DNA from: Octopus vulgaris
Taxonomy: Eukaryota
Assembly (NCBI GenBank): GCA_951406725.2
Contig: OX597824.1
Coordinates: 1,054,001 to 1,118,000 of the forward strand
Direction: 5' to 3'
DNA length: 64,000 bases
Positions 13,818 through 27,300 of the stretch are shown here, piece after piece. A model generated the notes under the pieces. The model ran no database searches. It saw nothing but the letters and a program-made list of their open reading frames with translations, and was not told the origin of the DNA. The stretch's first letter is position 1, and each line of letters begins with the position of its first letter. Made by a program: the position numbers and the translations under genes.

Positions 13818-14151
13818 ATACTAAATATGCATAATTGAAAACTAAAACAATACTTAAATTATTAAATACTTTAAAATTAAATAAAATAGACAAAGCTAGT
13901 ACAAGTCATTAAATTGTAATCAAAATAAGAAATGGTTCAAATATCGACAAACTCCTTAAATAAGCTAACCATATAATAAATATACATGTGTAGTATCTAT
14001 AGATTTAATATAAGAATCTATAACAAAGTTGACTAAATATCAAATGATATAATACCTAATTAACTTAAAATTTAATATTACAAATAAATATATATATGTA
14101 TATATTCAAGAATGCTTATTAAGTAATTATTTTATTGTTCTAGTTTATTTT

Positions 14152-14240
14152 TAACATGATGAGTGACTATATTTATATCGAAGTGATTTCTCTACTGCTA
14201 TAATCATTTCTTAAATATAGCCACGAAACACGTGTCGTTA
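14152..14240 (+). ncRNA. Type I hammerhead ribozyme, C3A variant
   Basis: taac ATGATGA gtgactatattta...taaatatagccac GAAA CACGTG TC gtta. Stem I 4 bp, stem II 12/13 bp plus an inner 9-bp helix, palindromic stem III. Confidence 0.7.
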
Positions 14241-14396
14241 TACTACAAATTATATACATTATTATTTTTTTTTGCAATTTACTTAATCATTGACATTTTA
14301 TTGTTATTTTAATTTTAATATTTCTATTATATGTAATTTTCTAGATGGTGTAATTTAACTGTTCATTTTGAATTGATAAAAGGTGTTTTTTTCTAA

Positions 14397-14442
<46 letters not shown>

Positions 14443-14517
14443 GTGAAATTTGATTTAGTATTTCTAAATTGAAATTTTTTCCTTGTAGGTTTTGAATTTT
14501 ATTCCCTCAAATAATAA

Positions 14518-14568
<51 letters not shown>

Positions 14569-14584
14569 ACACAGACAGACAGAC

Positions 14585-14651
<67 letters not shown>

Positions 14652-15016
14652 AGGATTAATCTTTATAAAGTAAATAAAGTGAGCGTTATTGACAACTCTA
14701 GTTTCAAGGCTGGAGAAAGCGAATTAATTTTGGATTAATCCGATTGCGTTAATCAGGAGCCGTAATTGCTGGCTTCGGATTTCTCAGTGAAGTATATGGC
14801 GGACAGAAATCAAATGCTATTCTATATTGTTTCGATCACTTAACACGTTGTTCTTTCTGAATTCGTTTAGGTGCCAGGGAAACATAATTTTGTCAAATCT
14901 TGGATAAACCAAGAATGCAAAGAAATGCAATGTAAGACAAGGAGATGGTTCAAATCTTGAACAGTTAAGCATTCTCTCTCTTTCTTATGTATGTACGTAT
15001 GTATGTTGGCTTCATT

Positions 15017-15098
15017 GGCTTTCGGTAGTTTCTGCTATAAGATGCAGTGGACTCATAACTGAAAGTCTGAATAACACTTTATAGCTTCGTCAGAGCCT
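15017..15098 (-). ncRNA. Decayed long-stem-II hammerhead
   Basis: gaggct CTGACGA agctataa...ttatagca GAAA ctaccg aaagcc; the UH cleavage site is lost. Confidence 0.35.
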
Positions 15099-15101
15099 CG
15101 A

Positions 15102-15173
<72 letters not shown>

Positions 15174-15221
15174 GTGTATATATATGTGTGTATATATATA
15201 TACATACACCACCCCCATATA

Positions 15222-15254
<33 letters not shown>

Positions 15255-15522
15255 GTATATATGCTTTCTTTCAACGAATCTAATGCTCTCAGCTTAGTTT
15301 TTCTTCGGGGCTGGCCATATTGGAGCAATCTCAAGATTAATCAGCCGAAATCGCGAGGATGATCCGGTCCTTGACTGAGGATAGAAAGCTTCAAATGACC
15401 TGTCCTTGTTTTTTTATCGTCTATCTGGATGTTTTGCATCACCTAGTTGTCCGGATGTTTTGCGTTCGCCATGATTGATCGTTAGCCACTACATACATTT
15501 TTTTCTCTCCTTGGTTTTCTGT

Positions 15523-15564
15523 GTCCATTTCTGTAGAAGAGCGTTGGATCGAAACGTAAAAGAC
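15523..15564 (+). ncRNA. Minimal hammerhead-like motif with A6U core (CTGTAGA)
   Basis: gtccattt CTGTAGA a gagc-gttg-gatc GAAA CG TA aaagac; stem I ttt/aaa plus gtc/gac. Confidence 0.42.
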
Positions 15565-15649
15565 TTTTTCTATTCCTGAGCGTTATACCAATACATCTGT
15601 TTGTTTTGTACACCACCTACCTTCGGCTTTTGTTTTTTTCGTAAACTCT

Positions 15650-15705
<56 letters not shown>

Positions 15706-16423
15706 TAATAAATAAATAAAATATATGCATATATACATACATATATGTACGTACCTACCTCTACATGTATATATACATGCATATATGGGTACAGGACACC
15801 AAAAAAAAAACGTCGAACACAATGAGAAACGAAAACATAAACACAAAACCAAGGAAATAGACATTTTTTAAAAAACAACGAAAAAATAGAGCACAGGACA
15901 TACAAAACAAGGAAAATTCCCCTTCTTCAGTCGCCTTAATTTCATCTACTCCACGTTTCGAAGGTCAAAGCGATACATGACTTCAAATGAAATTTTCCTT
16001 CCCGCGAAAATCAAATTAAATAAAATTTGAGATTTTTTTGCGGAGTTGTAAAAATGGTAACAAAAACAGGACAGTAACGACAATACAAAATATAAACAGT
16101 AAAAGATAGGACACGGAGAATAACAGTAACACAAACAAGAAGGGCTGTTAAGCCGAACGAGATGAAAAAAATTTTTACGAACGCTATTGTTTGAGACAGC
16201 AAAGAGCAACAGATTGACCGTCTCTACTTGGAGGAAGTCAGAAGAAAGACAGAGATGGCCATCTCATCACGTGACCGCGACGGGAGGGAGGAGGAGGAGG
16301 AGGAGTAAGAGAAAGGGAGAGAAAAAAAAGGGAATGGTTGTAGAGAAAAGAATGAAGAATGAGAGAGAGAGGGAGAGACAGTAAGGTAGAAGAAAAGGAA
16401 AGCCAAAAGAATGAAGGCTGAGA

Positions 16424-16502
<79 letters not shown>

Positions 16503-16869
16503 ATATATATATTTATATTATATCTATCTATCTACATACATATAGCCATTGGCCCGGGTGAGCTGACCATTTTTCTGACATTGATGCTGAGCGGAGAAAT
16601 CGTAGATCAACAGTCAGGTTCACCGAGCTCTGTCGAAAGAATAACTGCAATGAATCCATTGGGACAGTGTCCATGATTGTGTAATCAACAAATGGAAGAT
16701 TCCTTGTGCCTCAAACTCCAAATTCAAAGAAGAATAGAATTGGACGGCGACAGAGGGTCACTGAGGTCGTGTGATTGGAATGTGACGGTGATGATGATGA
16801 TTCTCTCGCTCTCTCTTTCTTTATCTCTCTCTTTATATATACATATATATATATATGTATATATGTATG

Positions 16870-16969
<100 letters not shown>

Positions 16970-17024
16970 TATATATATATATGTATATTAGCAATTAAAA
17001 CCTAAAAGCAAATTTATAAATGTC

Positions 17025-17520
17025 AGTAAAGTGACAAGGACACAAAGTAGTACCTGCATTGCTAGAAATAAGAGTCAAAACGACTCAATTTGCCACAAAA
17101 GCGAGGAAGCAAGAATGCTCCGTACAGTAGTGAGACGAGCTCCCTACAGAAGTAGCAGATGTACCCATATCACGTGATTTCAATTTCTGATGCCTTGCAT
17201 GTCAGTTCTCGTCAGTGGAGCTTATTGCGCCTAGGGTTAAGTTAAACTCGCCTCGTCAACTCATAAGAAAGCCGATTAAAGCGAGTGCTTGACGAGGCGA
17301 GTTTAGCTTAACCCTAGGCACAATAAGATCCGTTGACGAGAATTGAAATGCGATGCATCAGAATTCGAAATCACGTGATATGGGTATATCTGCTACTTCT
17401 GTAGGAGCTCGTCTCACTACAGTACGGAGCATTCTTGCTTCCTCGCTTTTGTGGCAAATTGAGTCGTTTTGACTCTTATTTCTAGCAATACTGGTACTAC
17501 TTTGTGCCCTTGCCACTTTA

Positions 17521-17522
<2 letters not shown>
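17025..17522. mobile_element. About 500-bp foldback palindrome (MITE-like)
   Basis: Arms 17025-17259 and 17289-17522 are reverse complements with scattered mismatches; 29-nt spacer. Confidence 0.85.
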
Positions 17523-17565
<43 letters not shown>

Positions 17566-17594
17566 CTTATTATATTAATTATTATATTATATGT

Positions 17595-17632
<38 letters not shown>

Positions 17633-17637
17633 TGACA

Positions 17638-17758
17638 CAGTAATACCTCACATTACGAGGACGCGCTTTACGAGACACCGGGTTCTATACACGAGTTTTC
17701 GCTTTAAAATAAAAGCATACGCTGGGAACGAATTTACTCGTACGTCGAGGTGTTACTA
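17638..17758. mobile_element. Pogo/Tigger-like MITE
   Basis: cagtaatacctc...tacgag / ctcgta..gaggtgttacta inverted ends. Confidence 0.55.
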
Positions 17759-17759
17759 T

Positions 17760-19730
17760 AATTTATATAAATTAATTAAATCTTATAAGAGTTTTAGAGT
17801 ATAGACAGTAATTGGTAGTTATAGTAATTATTTAATTTATTGAGTATTAAGTATAATTTATTGTAGTTATTTTAATAATAAATCTTATAGTATAGAGTGG
17901 TTCTATTCTTTAATTGTGACTTCATTCTATTTACATTTATTGATAAACTATAACTATTTCCATTGACAATTTCTATTCACTATTTTCATTGATAAAATAT
18001 ATTAGTAGTTTTTCATCGTTAAAATAATTCTTCATCTATTTATTCTATTTTTGTTAATAACGTAATTCCACGAGTATTCTTATGAACGCTTTAAAGATGT
18101 TTTTCGTTTTAAAACTTTAGTTCATCACAAAGCCTTGGAAAGCTAAGTAACCTATTTCTTTTTAATATTTAAAAATTTAAAAATTTAAAATATTTTAATA
18201 AGTCTTATTGTATTATTTTGTATACTATATAAATACTGATTGTTATGTAATGATTTAGCTGTTGAAGTTATGTATATAATTATATAATTATTAGATTTTA
18301 ACTCTACGTTTATTTGTAAGATTTTACTTAGCAAAAGAGATATATAGATCGTTAATAGTTATACGATCTTTTAAAGTTAGGCTTCTGGTTTTAATTTGAT
18401 TTTAAATGTTTTTAATGTACCACATAATTTTGATTGTATAAGTATTTAGTTGTTGAAGATATGTATTTCATTAGTTCATTATTATATCATAACTATACAG
18501 TTTTTGTAAGTTATTAATTAGCCAACGAGATATATTGATCGATAAATAGTTATAGGCTTCTTTTAAGATAGTTTATACGTTTACAATTTGCGCTTTCATC
18601 TTTAATTTTTTAATTATTTAATATATTTCATAAGTAATAATGAATAATTAATTAATTTAATTTTTTTAATACGTATATGTATATTTATTGATAGATTATT
18701 TAGTTAAATAATTTGGTAATTAAATTTTTGGACTATAACTGAGTTAAGGATATTTGTGAGTTTATTATGTTTTTTTAAGCCATATTATATATTCATAAAT
18801 ATCTCTAATAGTTGTCTTTGTTCTATTATAGCTTAAATATAGCCAACGTGATTTATTGATTGTTAAATAGTTATAGGGTTCTTTTAAGATAGTTTATACG
18901 TTTACAATTTGCTTTTTCATCTTTAATTTAAATTTTTTAAAATTATTTAATATATTTCATAAGTAATAAGGAATAATTAATTTATTTAGTTTTTTTTAAT
19001 ACGTATATATATATTTATTGATAGAGATAATTTTAGATCTTAATTATTATATTTATATATATTTATTGATGATAATTAAGTTATTATTCAAATATTGTAT
19101 AATTATTAGATTTGAACTTAAATTTAATAATATGAATAGTATTTATTTTTTTGATTCTTTTTTTGTTAAATAATTAGGTAATTAGATATTGACTATAACT
19201 GAGATTAGGTTATTCGTGAGTTTATTATGTTTTATAAAGCCATATTATATCTGAATAGATAAATACATTTTCTATCTTTACCTTAAAAATTAATATTTAA
19301 CATTATAATTGGATTGTATGACATAATCATAATCATTAAAGTTTCTAGTTTGATAATAAATTTTTTATAAGAAAAATTATTATTTTATTTATTTCTTAAA
19401 AAATATTTTTTAAATATATTTGCTTATTTATTTAACTATTATCATTAACCTGAAGATTGACTATAACCATAATTCGAATTTATAATTGAATTTAAATTAG
19501 GTTATGGCCATGAAACGTACGTAGTGGTTTTACTTATCTTATAATAAACTTTTTAATACTTTTTGATAGTTATATATAATAATAATAAAAAAATTATAAA
19601 TATAAATATAAATTAATAATTTAAATTCTATATATTTTGTAAATTATATTAATTATTTTTATTTTTATGATTTAGGTTATGTTTTTCACTGTTTGATTTG
19701 CCTAATAGTGGTTTTATCTCTAACTTAATT
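17760..19730. repeat. Very AT-rich tract with internal duplication, ending in an HHR
   Basis: Sampled lines are about 10-20% GC; 18520-18790 recurs at 18841-19250; HHR at 19446. Confidence 0.6.
19446..19528 (+). ncRNA. Type I hammerhead ribozyme, intact core boxes, weak stem I
   Basis: taac CTGAAGA ttgactataacc...ggttatggccat GAAA CGTACG TA gt; palindrome ACGTACGT. Confidence 0.65.
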
Positions 19731-20239
19731 TATATATATATATATATAAATTAATAAATAAAATATATGCATACATACATACATGTACGTACCTACATCT
19801 ACATGTATATATACATGCATATATAAATATATATATGTGAGTACAGGACACCACAAAGAGACGTAGAACTCAACGAGAAACAAAAACGTGAAAACAAACA
19901 TGGAAACGGACTTTTTTTAACAAGGAAAAAACAGAGTACAAGACAAACAATACAAGGAAAATTCCCCTTCATCAGCTGTCCCTAGTTCGACTCCATGCGT
20001 GTTTCAAAGGTAAGGATAGAACACGACTAGTCGAACTAGCCCTTCCCGCGAGCGTCGTTTCGTTTCTTTTCTGTTCTTCAAGTAAATTTTATATATAAAT
20101 ATATATATATATACATGTATGCATGTCATTATTCGGTTATTTCAAGATTTCTTGCCAACAGAGAAAGAACCAGTTTCTATCCTAGATCCAAGGCTCCTTC
20201 ATTGGAATTTTTGTCCGTATGTATGTATGTGCGCAGATT

Positions 20240-20625
20240 TAAATGGTTTGTTTTATGTGTGTATTCTCATGCATATAGTTGCATATCTAGACATGCTCAT
20301 ATATATTTAAATGATAAACTTCTAGAAAGTTTTACAGATTTTTAGTTCCAGTGATGGATTGGATCGGCAGTCGTCGAATTAGCTTTTTCCTTTCTGGTTT
20401 TGAGAAGCCTAATTTCTCATGATTAGTATTTAGGCAGTGTGTTACATATCCCAGGGCCCCAATAATTATGGGAATATACCTGAACTTATAATCTGAATAG
20501 AGTAACTGCAGATTTCTCAATAGTTCAACATGGGTATTCTTTAAACTGATCTTCAGCTTTATGTTAACATCCGCTGGGCAACTAATTTCCACAACTGTGC
20601 AGTTTCTCTTATCTATCTTAAATCA
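20240..20625 (-). mobile_element. R4/Dong-like RLE 3' fragment
   Basis: EISCPAD...YIPIIIGALG. Confidence 0.75.
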
Positions 20626-20944
20626 TTGTACGTATGTATGCGTTTATGTATATATGAGAGAGAGTTACAGAGTGAGAAAGTGTATGCTAGCATGTCTTTT
20701 AGATGTGCAATTCACATCTAAAGTATAACCAGAGACCAAGAAAATATATTCCAGATAAGTGATTGTAGTATACTTGCTGTGTTTAGTTTATGGTATTTCT
20801 TTCTGAGTTCAACTTTAACCTTCATCCTTTCGGGACTGATAAAATAACGTATCGATCGAGCACTGGGGTTGATGAAATCGGCAGGTCCCCTCCTCCTACA
20901 AAATATCAGGCTTGTGTCTAGAGTAGAAAGGATTATTATCATTA

Positions 20945-21490
20945 TTTTGAACCCAGGTTTTGTTGGAACTCTTGGGGTTTTGCATGCGTAGCGGGCTTGT
21001 TGCCTGCAGCCCACGGTACCATGCAATCCGTTCTTTTCAGTTATCTAATACCTACCTGATTATTCAGGCCGTGCCAAGGAAGCAAGCCTTGTGTAACGGT
21101 TCTACTGAGCATTCTACTTCGATTTCCTTTACATTTCTCTCGGTACCTTCTGATACTGTCTCCAAGGACCAACAATAATTGGCATTATCTTTACCTTCTT
21201 CCTTTTCCAAAGATGGGTTATTTCGTACTTAAGAGGATTGTATTTATCTATTTTTTCGGCTTTATTCTGGACTATTCGTGGGTCAAAGGGACATGCAACA
21301 TCATCTATATAGCACATACGGTGCACCTTGTCCACCACCAATAGGTTTGGTTTATTATGCTCTACCACCTGATCTGTTTGAATTGGAAAATCTCAGACGA
21401 TTTTGCAGATCTGTGACCCCACCACTCTCTGCAGTTTGTCTTGCTTCTCTCTAGACCCTACTTTTTGCACAGTTTCCAATATAACACTCT
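20945..21490 (-). mobile_element. R4/Dong-like RLE 3' fragment
   Basis: VEHNKPNLLVVDK..IDDVACPFD..KIDKY..PIIVG; adjoins a short TAA run. Confidence 0.75.
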
Positions 21491-21494
21491 CTAC

Positions 21495-21720
21495 ATGTTA
21501 TATATAATAATCTCTTCGATTATTTAAGCGCTCTTTGCTCCTCATCTCCCCACTTCCAAGGTGTTGCCTTCTTGGTTAAACAGTAAAGTGGCCAGGTTTC
21601 GGGTAAACTTCCTACAAAACTGAACCGAACCTAAGAAAGACTTTAAGCTTGAGACGTCTTTTGTGGGTGACATCTTCATGACTGCCTCGACCTTGGATCC
21701 CTTCGGCTGATTAGGTGTGA
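21495..21720 (-). mobile_element. Ty3/Gypsy pol fragment
   Basis: KVEAVMKMSPTKDVSSLKSFLGSVQFCRKF (RT to RNase H connection). Confidence 0.75.
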
Positions 21721-21993
21721 CGCAACTGGCACCCATGCTCGTGGCATGTAAGAAAATACCTTTCGAGCGTTGGGCCCCATAGAGGCAAATTGGCTGAGGC
21801 GGTGGCACGTGAAAAGCTCCTTTCGAGTGTTGGGCCTCACGGAGGCCTTTGGCATTATGGAGGGGGTGGTGGTGCTAAACAGTGATAAGTGAAATTGCAA
21901 TGTTATTGTCAGTCCAAATATGCTTGATGCACGTTCGAACTGGGGAACAAGCACCTCACTGCATTTCATAGAGAATACATTCCGTTCGTTTGT

Positions 21994-22274
21994 AAATGGT
22001 GTGTATACACCTAGATGAGCTCGCAGCGCCACCTGCCCAGACCGCGAGATGCTAGCATTTTGGAGTAGTTATCTCCTCTTCAGTCAGATAAATAGTGCTG
22101 TCAGTCACCGTATGGCGACTGGAAAAGCGTAAGAGAGTCAATCTCTTCAATCAGCTCGTAGCGCCGCCTGCCTAGTGTCTGTGACCGAAGAGGAGATAAC
22201 TACTTCGAAATGCTAGCATCTCACTGTCTGGGTAGGTGGCGCTGCGAGCTGATCTAGGTGTATACACACCATTT
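21994..22274. mobile_element. Palindromic MITE, PIF/Harbinger-like ends
   Basis: 93-bp arms 21994-22086 / 22182-22274 with ends ggtgtgtatacac. Confidence 0.75.
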
Positions 22275-24098
22275 GTCAACAAGCAAGATATATTCTCCGT
22301 GACAAAATGCAGAGTAGTTTTTGTTCCCCAGTTGGAACATGCATGAAGCTGCCCAAGCTTTGTGAGGGAAAAACAGGTGTCAAGTTACTGGGCTTTAAAA
22401 GAAGGACTGAGATATGTGGCCCCTTGGCCCTCCTCAAGGAGATCCATCTGCAGAATAGGTACCAATGCTGGTGCCATGTTAAAGGCACCCACTACACTCT
22501 GTGGAGTGGTTGGCATTTGGAAGGGCATCCAACTATAGAAACCATGCCAGAATAGGTAATGCAGGAGCCTGGTGTGGTCCCTGACCTTACCAGCACTCAA
22601 AATGGGTGTTAAATGATGATGATTATATATGGTTCTGGGTTCAATCCCTCTGGGTGGCACCTTGGACAAGTGTCTTCTACTATAGCCTCAAGCCAACCAA
22701 AGCCTTGAGAGTGGATTTGGTAAATGGAAACTGAAAGAGGCCTGTTGTGTGTATATATATATATATATATACATACATATATGCATGTGTGCTTGTCTGT
22801 CTGTATTTGTCCCACCCCCACCAACGCTTGACAACCAATGTTGGTGTGTTTACGTCCCCATAACTTAGTGGCTTGGGAGGAGAGACCAATGGAATAAATA
22901 CTATGCTTACAAAGAATAAGTCCTGCGGTCGATTTGTTCAACTAAAGGTGGTGCTCCAGCATGGCCACAGTCAAATGACAAACCAGTAAAAGAATAAAGA
23001 ATATATATATATCATCATTGTTTAACGTCCGCTTTCCAAGCTAGCATGGGTTGGATGATTTGACCGAGATCTGGCGAACCAGATGGCTGCACCAGGCTCC
23101 AATCTTGATTGTGACAGTGCATGTCCTAGTTGTTAGGGTGTTGTATACTCATGATCATGGGTTCGTTTCCCAGATCGAGTGATGCATCGTGTTCTTGAGC
23201 AAAACCTTTCATTCCCCCTTTTGATCAGGGGGTGGGGGAATGCCAGTGGGGTGGCATTAATCAAACGCTAAAATGAAGCAAACACATTGTGACCAGTGAT
23301 GTGTAACATCACGTGATAGTCAGATTGGTCCCATGATCACCTTGGGACCAAGTGTTCTACTATAGCCCTAGGCACACCAAGACATTGCAAGTAGATTTCA
23401 TAAATGGAAACTAAAAGAAGTCCATCGTTTATATATGTGTATGCACGCATGTGTGTGTGTTTTCTTCTCGTCAATACTGACTATAAACAGAACGACAGCC
23501 TTGCCATCAACACAGGTGACGTAATAATAGGTTTGCAGTAAACAAGGAAAAGACTTGATGACATGTCTGGACAAGTTGTGCAGTTTTTATGAAAAGAAAA
23601 GAAAAAGCCCTGTAATTATATTCAGGCCTTTTGTCGTTTGAAAGGTGAAAGAATTTTTATCTTAGAAACCAGCAAGAGTTCGCAAAAGCAGGGGATTTGG
23701 CCCTAGAAAATCTGCCCGACCCATGCCGGCATGAAAAAGTGGATGTTAAAACAATGATGAAGACGACGACGATGATGATGATAGTGATGACACACAAACC
23801 CAATGAACAATGGATTTCATTGATTTCCATCCTGGGTTGGATGAAGTTTTTTAATCAACTCTGAACGGATGAAAGCGAAAATTGATTTCAGCAGTCAACT
23901 CACAGTGTAAAGGGATGCAACAAAACACAGCCAAGCATTTTAATCGGTGCTCTACCAGTTCTGCCAACCCTCTACCATTTTATCCAAAATTCCACTAAGT
24001 CTGCAGCTCAACCAGCATTGTCTTTGATGATCAACCAGTTCTATTGATCTCCTACAATTCCGTTTCACAGTCTTCCAATTTTCCCAACACCCGACCAG

Positions 24099-24182
24099 TT
24101 TATTCAATTCACCATTCATTTCGCAAATCAATCAGTATTAATCAATGATGATTTCTTGGATCATCATAATGATTTGTTTATT
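24099..24182 (-). terminator. Candidate poly(A) signals of CDC123 (AATAAA at 24182-24177 and 24104-24099)
   Basis: Canonical hexamers about 150 and 230 nt after the stop codon. Confidence 0.55.
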
Positions 24183-24330
24183 ATACAATAATAAAAATAG
24201 AAATAAATATTGGATGAGCAATGGATGAGAAGAAGAGTTGCAGCCTCAGTTAACAGTCTGTAGCACACACACAGGCACCAACTGAAGACAGTTGGTGCTA
24301 CCCAAGTACATTGTATTCACCGTAGCATCA

Positions 24331-24375
24331 TCACTTCTCTTCATCTGATTCTTCATTTTTCATTTTTGAATTTTG
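24331..24375 (-). CDS. CDC123: CDC123 terminal coding exon [14 protein letters not shown]
   Basis: Pyrimidine tract plus ttccag|; short acidic tail then TGA; AATAAA follows downstream. Confidence 0.82.
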   Translation of the reverse strand, partial: QNSKMKNEESDEEK

Positions 24376-27300
24376 CTGGAATCATAAAACAAAAGAAAAG
24401 AATTATTAGTATGAAAAAAAATGTTTAAATGATATAGTAAAAAAATAAAGACACAAATACAAATAAAGAATAAAAATAAGGGTATAGTTTTTTAAGCAAT
24501 TAAAACACAGATTGGAAAATAAGAAATTTTAACAATAAAACCAACATTTTTAATATTAAATGCTTATGTTAAAAATATAGTAAATTTTTTTGTAAGAAAA
24601 AAAATTATAACATAAAGCCTAAAACTCAAATATTACAGAAAATATGAGGTGAACCTAAAAGTTATTCAGAATCTTTTCTTTTTTTAAAGAAACTATTTTA
24701 AAAATTTTCATACAACTAAATACAATATTTTTTTGTACAAATTTTTTAAATAATTTTTCTTTTAACTTTTATTTCAAATTTTTTTGCTTCAATTTTTTTC
24801 CAGAAATCTTTACTCCAAGCGTTCTTGGGCCTTGACCTTACCTTACACATGCCTTATCTTTTGTTCACGTATTTGTGTTGTCCACTGCACATCAAATAAT
24901 TCGCAATGAGTGCAAAGTAATCAAAGTATCTTGACAAATATATTCGATCCGGATTCATGTTCCTCAAAGAGTGACATAGAAGTCCTCTCAGAGTGTGATA
25001 TTATACAAAATTTTGAGCAATGATGGAATGTGACCCTCACACTTGGAACGCCACTTGAGGACAACACATCCTGCTCTTGCAGACAAGCCCGAGGCATTCT
25101 TTGAAACAGAAAGACATTCCTTGAAGCAAGCTAAGTTTGGCAGTAGTGGGGTATTTCTGCAACAAATTTCAGTGGTTGTTGAGGCTGCCTAGGAGAGCAC
25201 CATGTTGATTGCAAAGAGCAAGAACATCAGGGAGTCTCTCATAAAACCAAGTCTACTCCATGCAGCAGAACTCGTTCTGGGGAAAAGACAGTGCAAACAA
25301 GCTTTCCCAGATTTCATTATCAAATGATACAGCCAAGAGAAGGATTGACCACTTGTCTCAAGACACCAAAGATCAAATTCTCAACCAAGTAAGAGGTTCT
25401 TCTGTCTTTGCCATCCACTGTGACAAAACGATTGATATCACTCAGTGTTCTCAGTTACCGGTTTATGTTCGTTTTGTGTAAAAGAGGAAATGTTGTTTTG
25501 CCAGCCAATGGACAGTTGTACAACAACAGTAGCAGCTTTTTTTGTGATGTACCAAACCTCTTTCAGGTAAACCAACTTTTGTGGGGTTCACTGATAGGGG
25601 TGTGCACTGATGGAGCTCCAGTCACCCTTGGTCTGCAGTTGGGATTCATTACTAGGATGAGAGGAAAAAATCCATCTGCATACTTCATCATGAAGACTCA
25701 GCATCCAGAACCTAAGGAAGACTGGATCTTGAAACATTCTGGATCAAGTAACTTCCCATTTACCTTCTGATCTCACATCAGGCTCTTTGGATTTTAGCCA
25801 TGTTTGGATCCACGTATCTTTGTGAAGCTGCATTTTCCATGCTCGTTGCCACCAAGACCAAGTACAGAAACAGGCTGAACATTGAAAGGGACTTACATTG
25901 GGCCCTCTCTGGCATTCAACCATGCATTCAAGATCTTGTAGCTAAGAAGCAGTGTCAACTATCTCACTTTTTGTGATTATATATAAAATCATATTTTGTA
26001 TAATCTGACTAATTCATATTCAATAAAAAGACTAAAGACATAATTTAGATTTTATTTAAAGTGTGGGAGGGAATTTTATTCATAGATGCAAGGGGTGTGT
26101 GGAGGGAAGGACAAGTTCCTAGGGGAGGTGTGGTAGTAAATAGGTTAAGAACCACTGGACAATAGATGCAAAATGATGATGATGTGGATTCCAAATCAAT
26201 CCTCTACACAGAACAGTGCACCAAGTTTGCTGCGGAAACTCTGGTAGTTTATTTCAATATGGATTTCAATGGCATCCTATGACGAAAGCCTCATCAATCA
26301 GGTCCTGGAATTTGGTTTTCTTAAGGAGGAATCTAGTCTGGTACTATATGTAAATACCCAGAAATAAAAACCTTGATGATGAGCAAAGACCAAAATGATT
26401 AAAACGTAGATGTAAATATTACATTAATATCAGGACCATGTTACATCCAGGAAAACCCTGTAAAGTGGTTGGCACAAGGGTAGAGACAATGTAGATTTCC
26501 AAGAGGATCTCCATTCTGTGAGGTGGTCAACATCAGGAAAGGGCATGCAGCCGTAAAAACCCTGCTTGAACAGGCAGTGAAGCTGGGTGCAGTCTTCTGC
26601 CTAGCCAGCCCCAGTCAAACCATCCAACCCATGTCGGCATGGAAAGCAGATGTTAAATGATGATGATGATGATGACGATGACGATGACGACCCATTTAGT
26701 CTTGTTGAGTACATAACTGTGTGTCTTTAGTTCTGGTTTGTTTTGTTCTTTTGTTTCTACGTCTGTTTTTCCATGCTGGCATGTTTGTTTGTTCCTTCAC
26801 GAGCCACACCTGGCTCATAAGGGCCAGTTTCCTGGTTTCTTTGGCGTATAGGTTCCCCACCTGAACAGGACACTGGTCCGTTGCAGATGAGCTGCAAGAT
26901 GCAGGAGGAAAGAGTGAGAGAAAGTTGTGGTGAAAGAGTCAGCAGAAGTTCACCATTACCTTCTGCCGGAGCCGCGTGGAGCTTAGGTGTTTCGCTCATA
27001 AACACACACATCGCCCAGTCTGAGATTCGAACCCGCAGTCCCTAGACCGTGAGTCCGCTGCTCTAACCATTAGGCCATTGTGCCTCCATGCTAGCATGGA
27101 TAACAGGAATGCCTAAGTGAAAAGCTGTTTTACAACTGGACACCCTTCCTGTAGCCAACCCTTACCTATTTTCCAAATAAGTGACATCACAACAGATGAA
27201 AACCACATTCACAACAGACATCAACAATCTTCAGATCATATCAAGTTCCATCCAAATTGCAATAACGGTATTTTTATACTGAACAGACAGGTGCTGCCCT

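Noticed and set aside
17760-19730. NUMT or endosymbiont DNA
   Set aside because: No mitochondrial or bacterial ORF, tRNA or rRNA motifs recognised; it ends in a PLE-type HHR.
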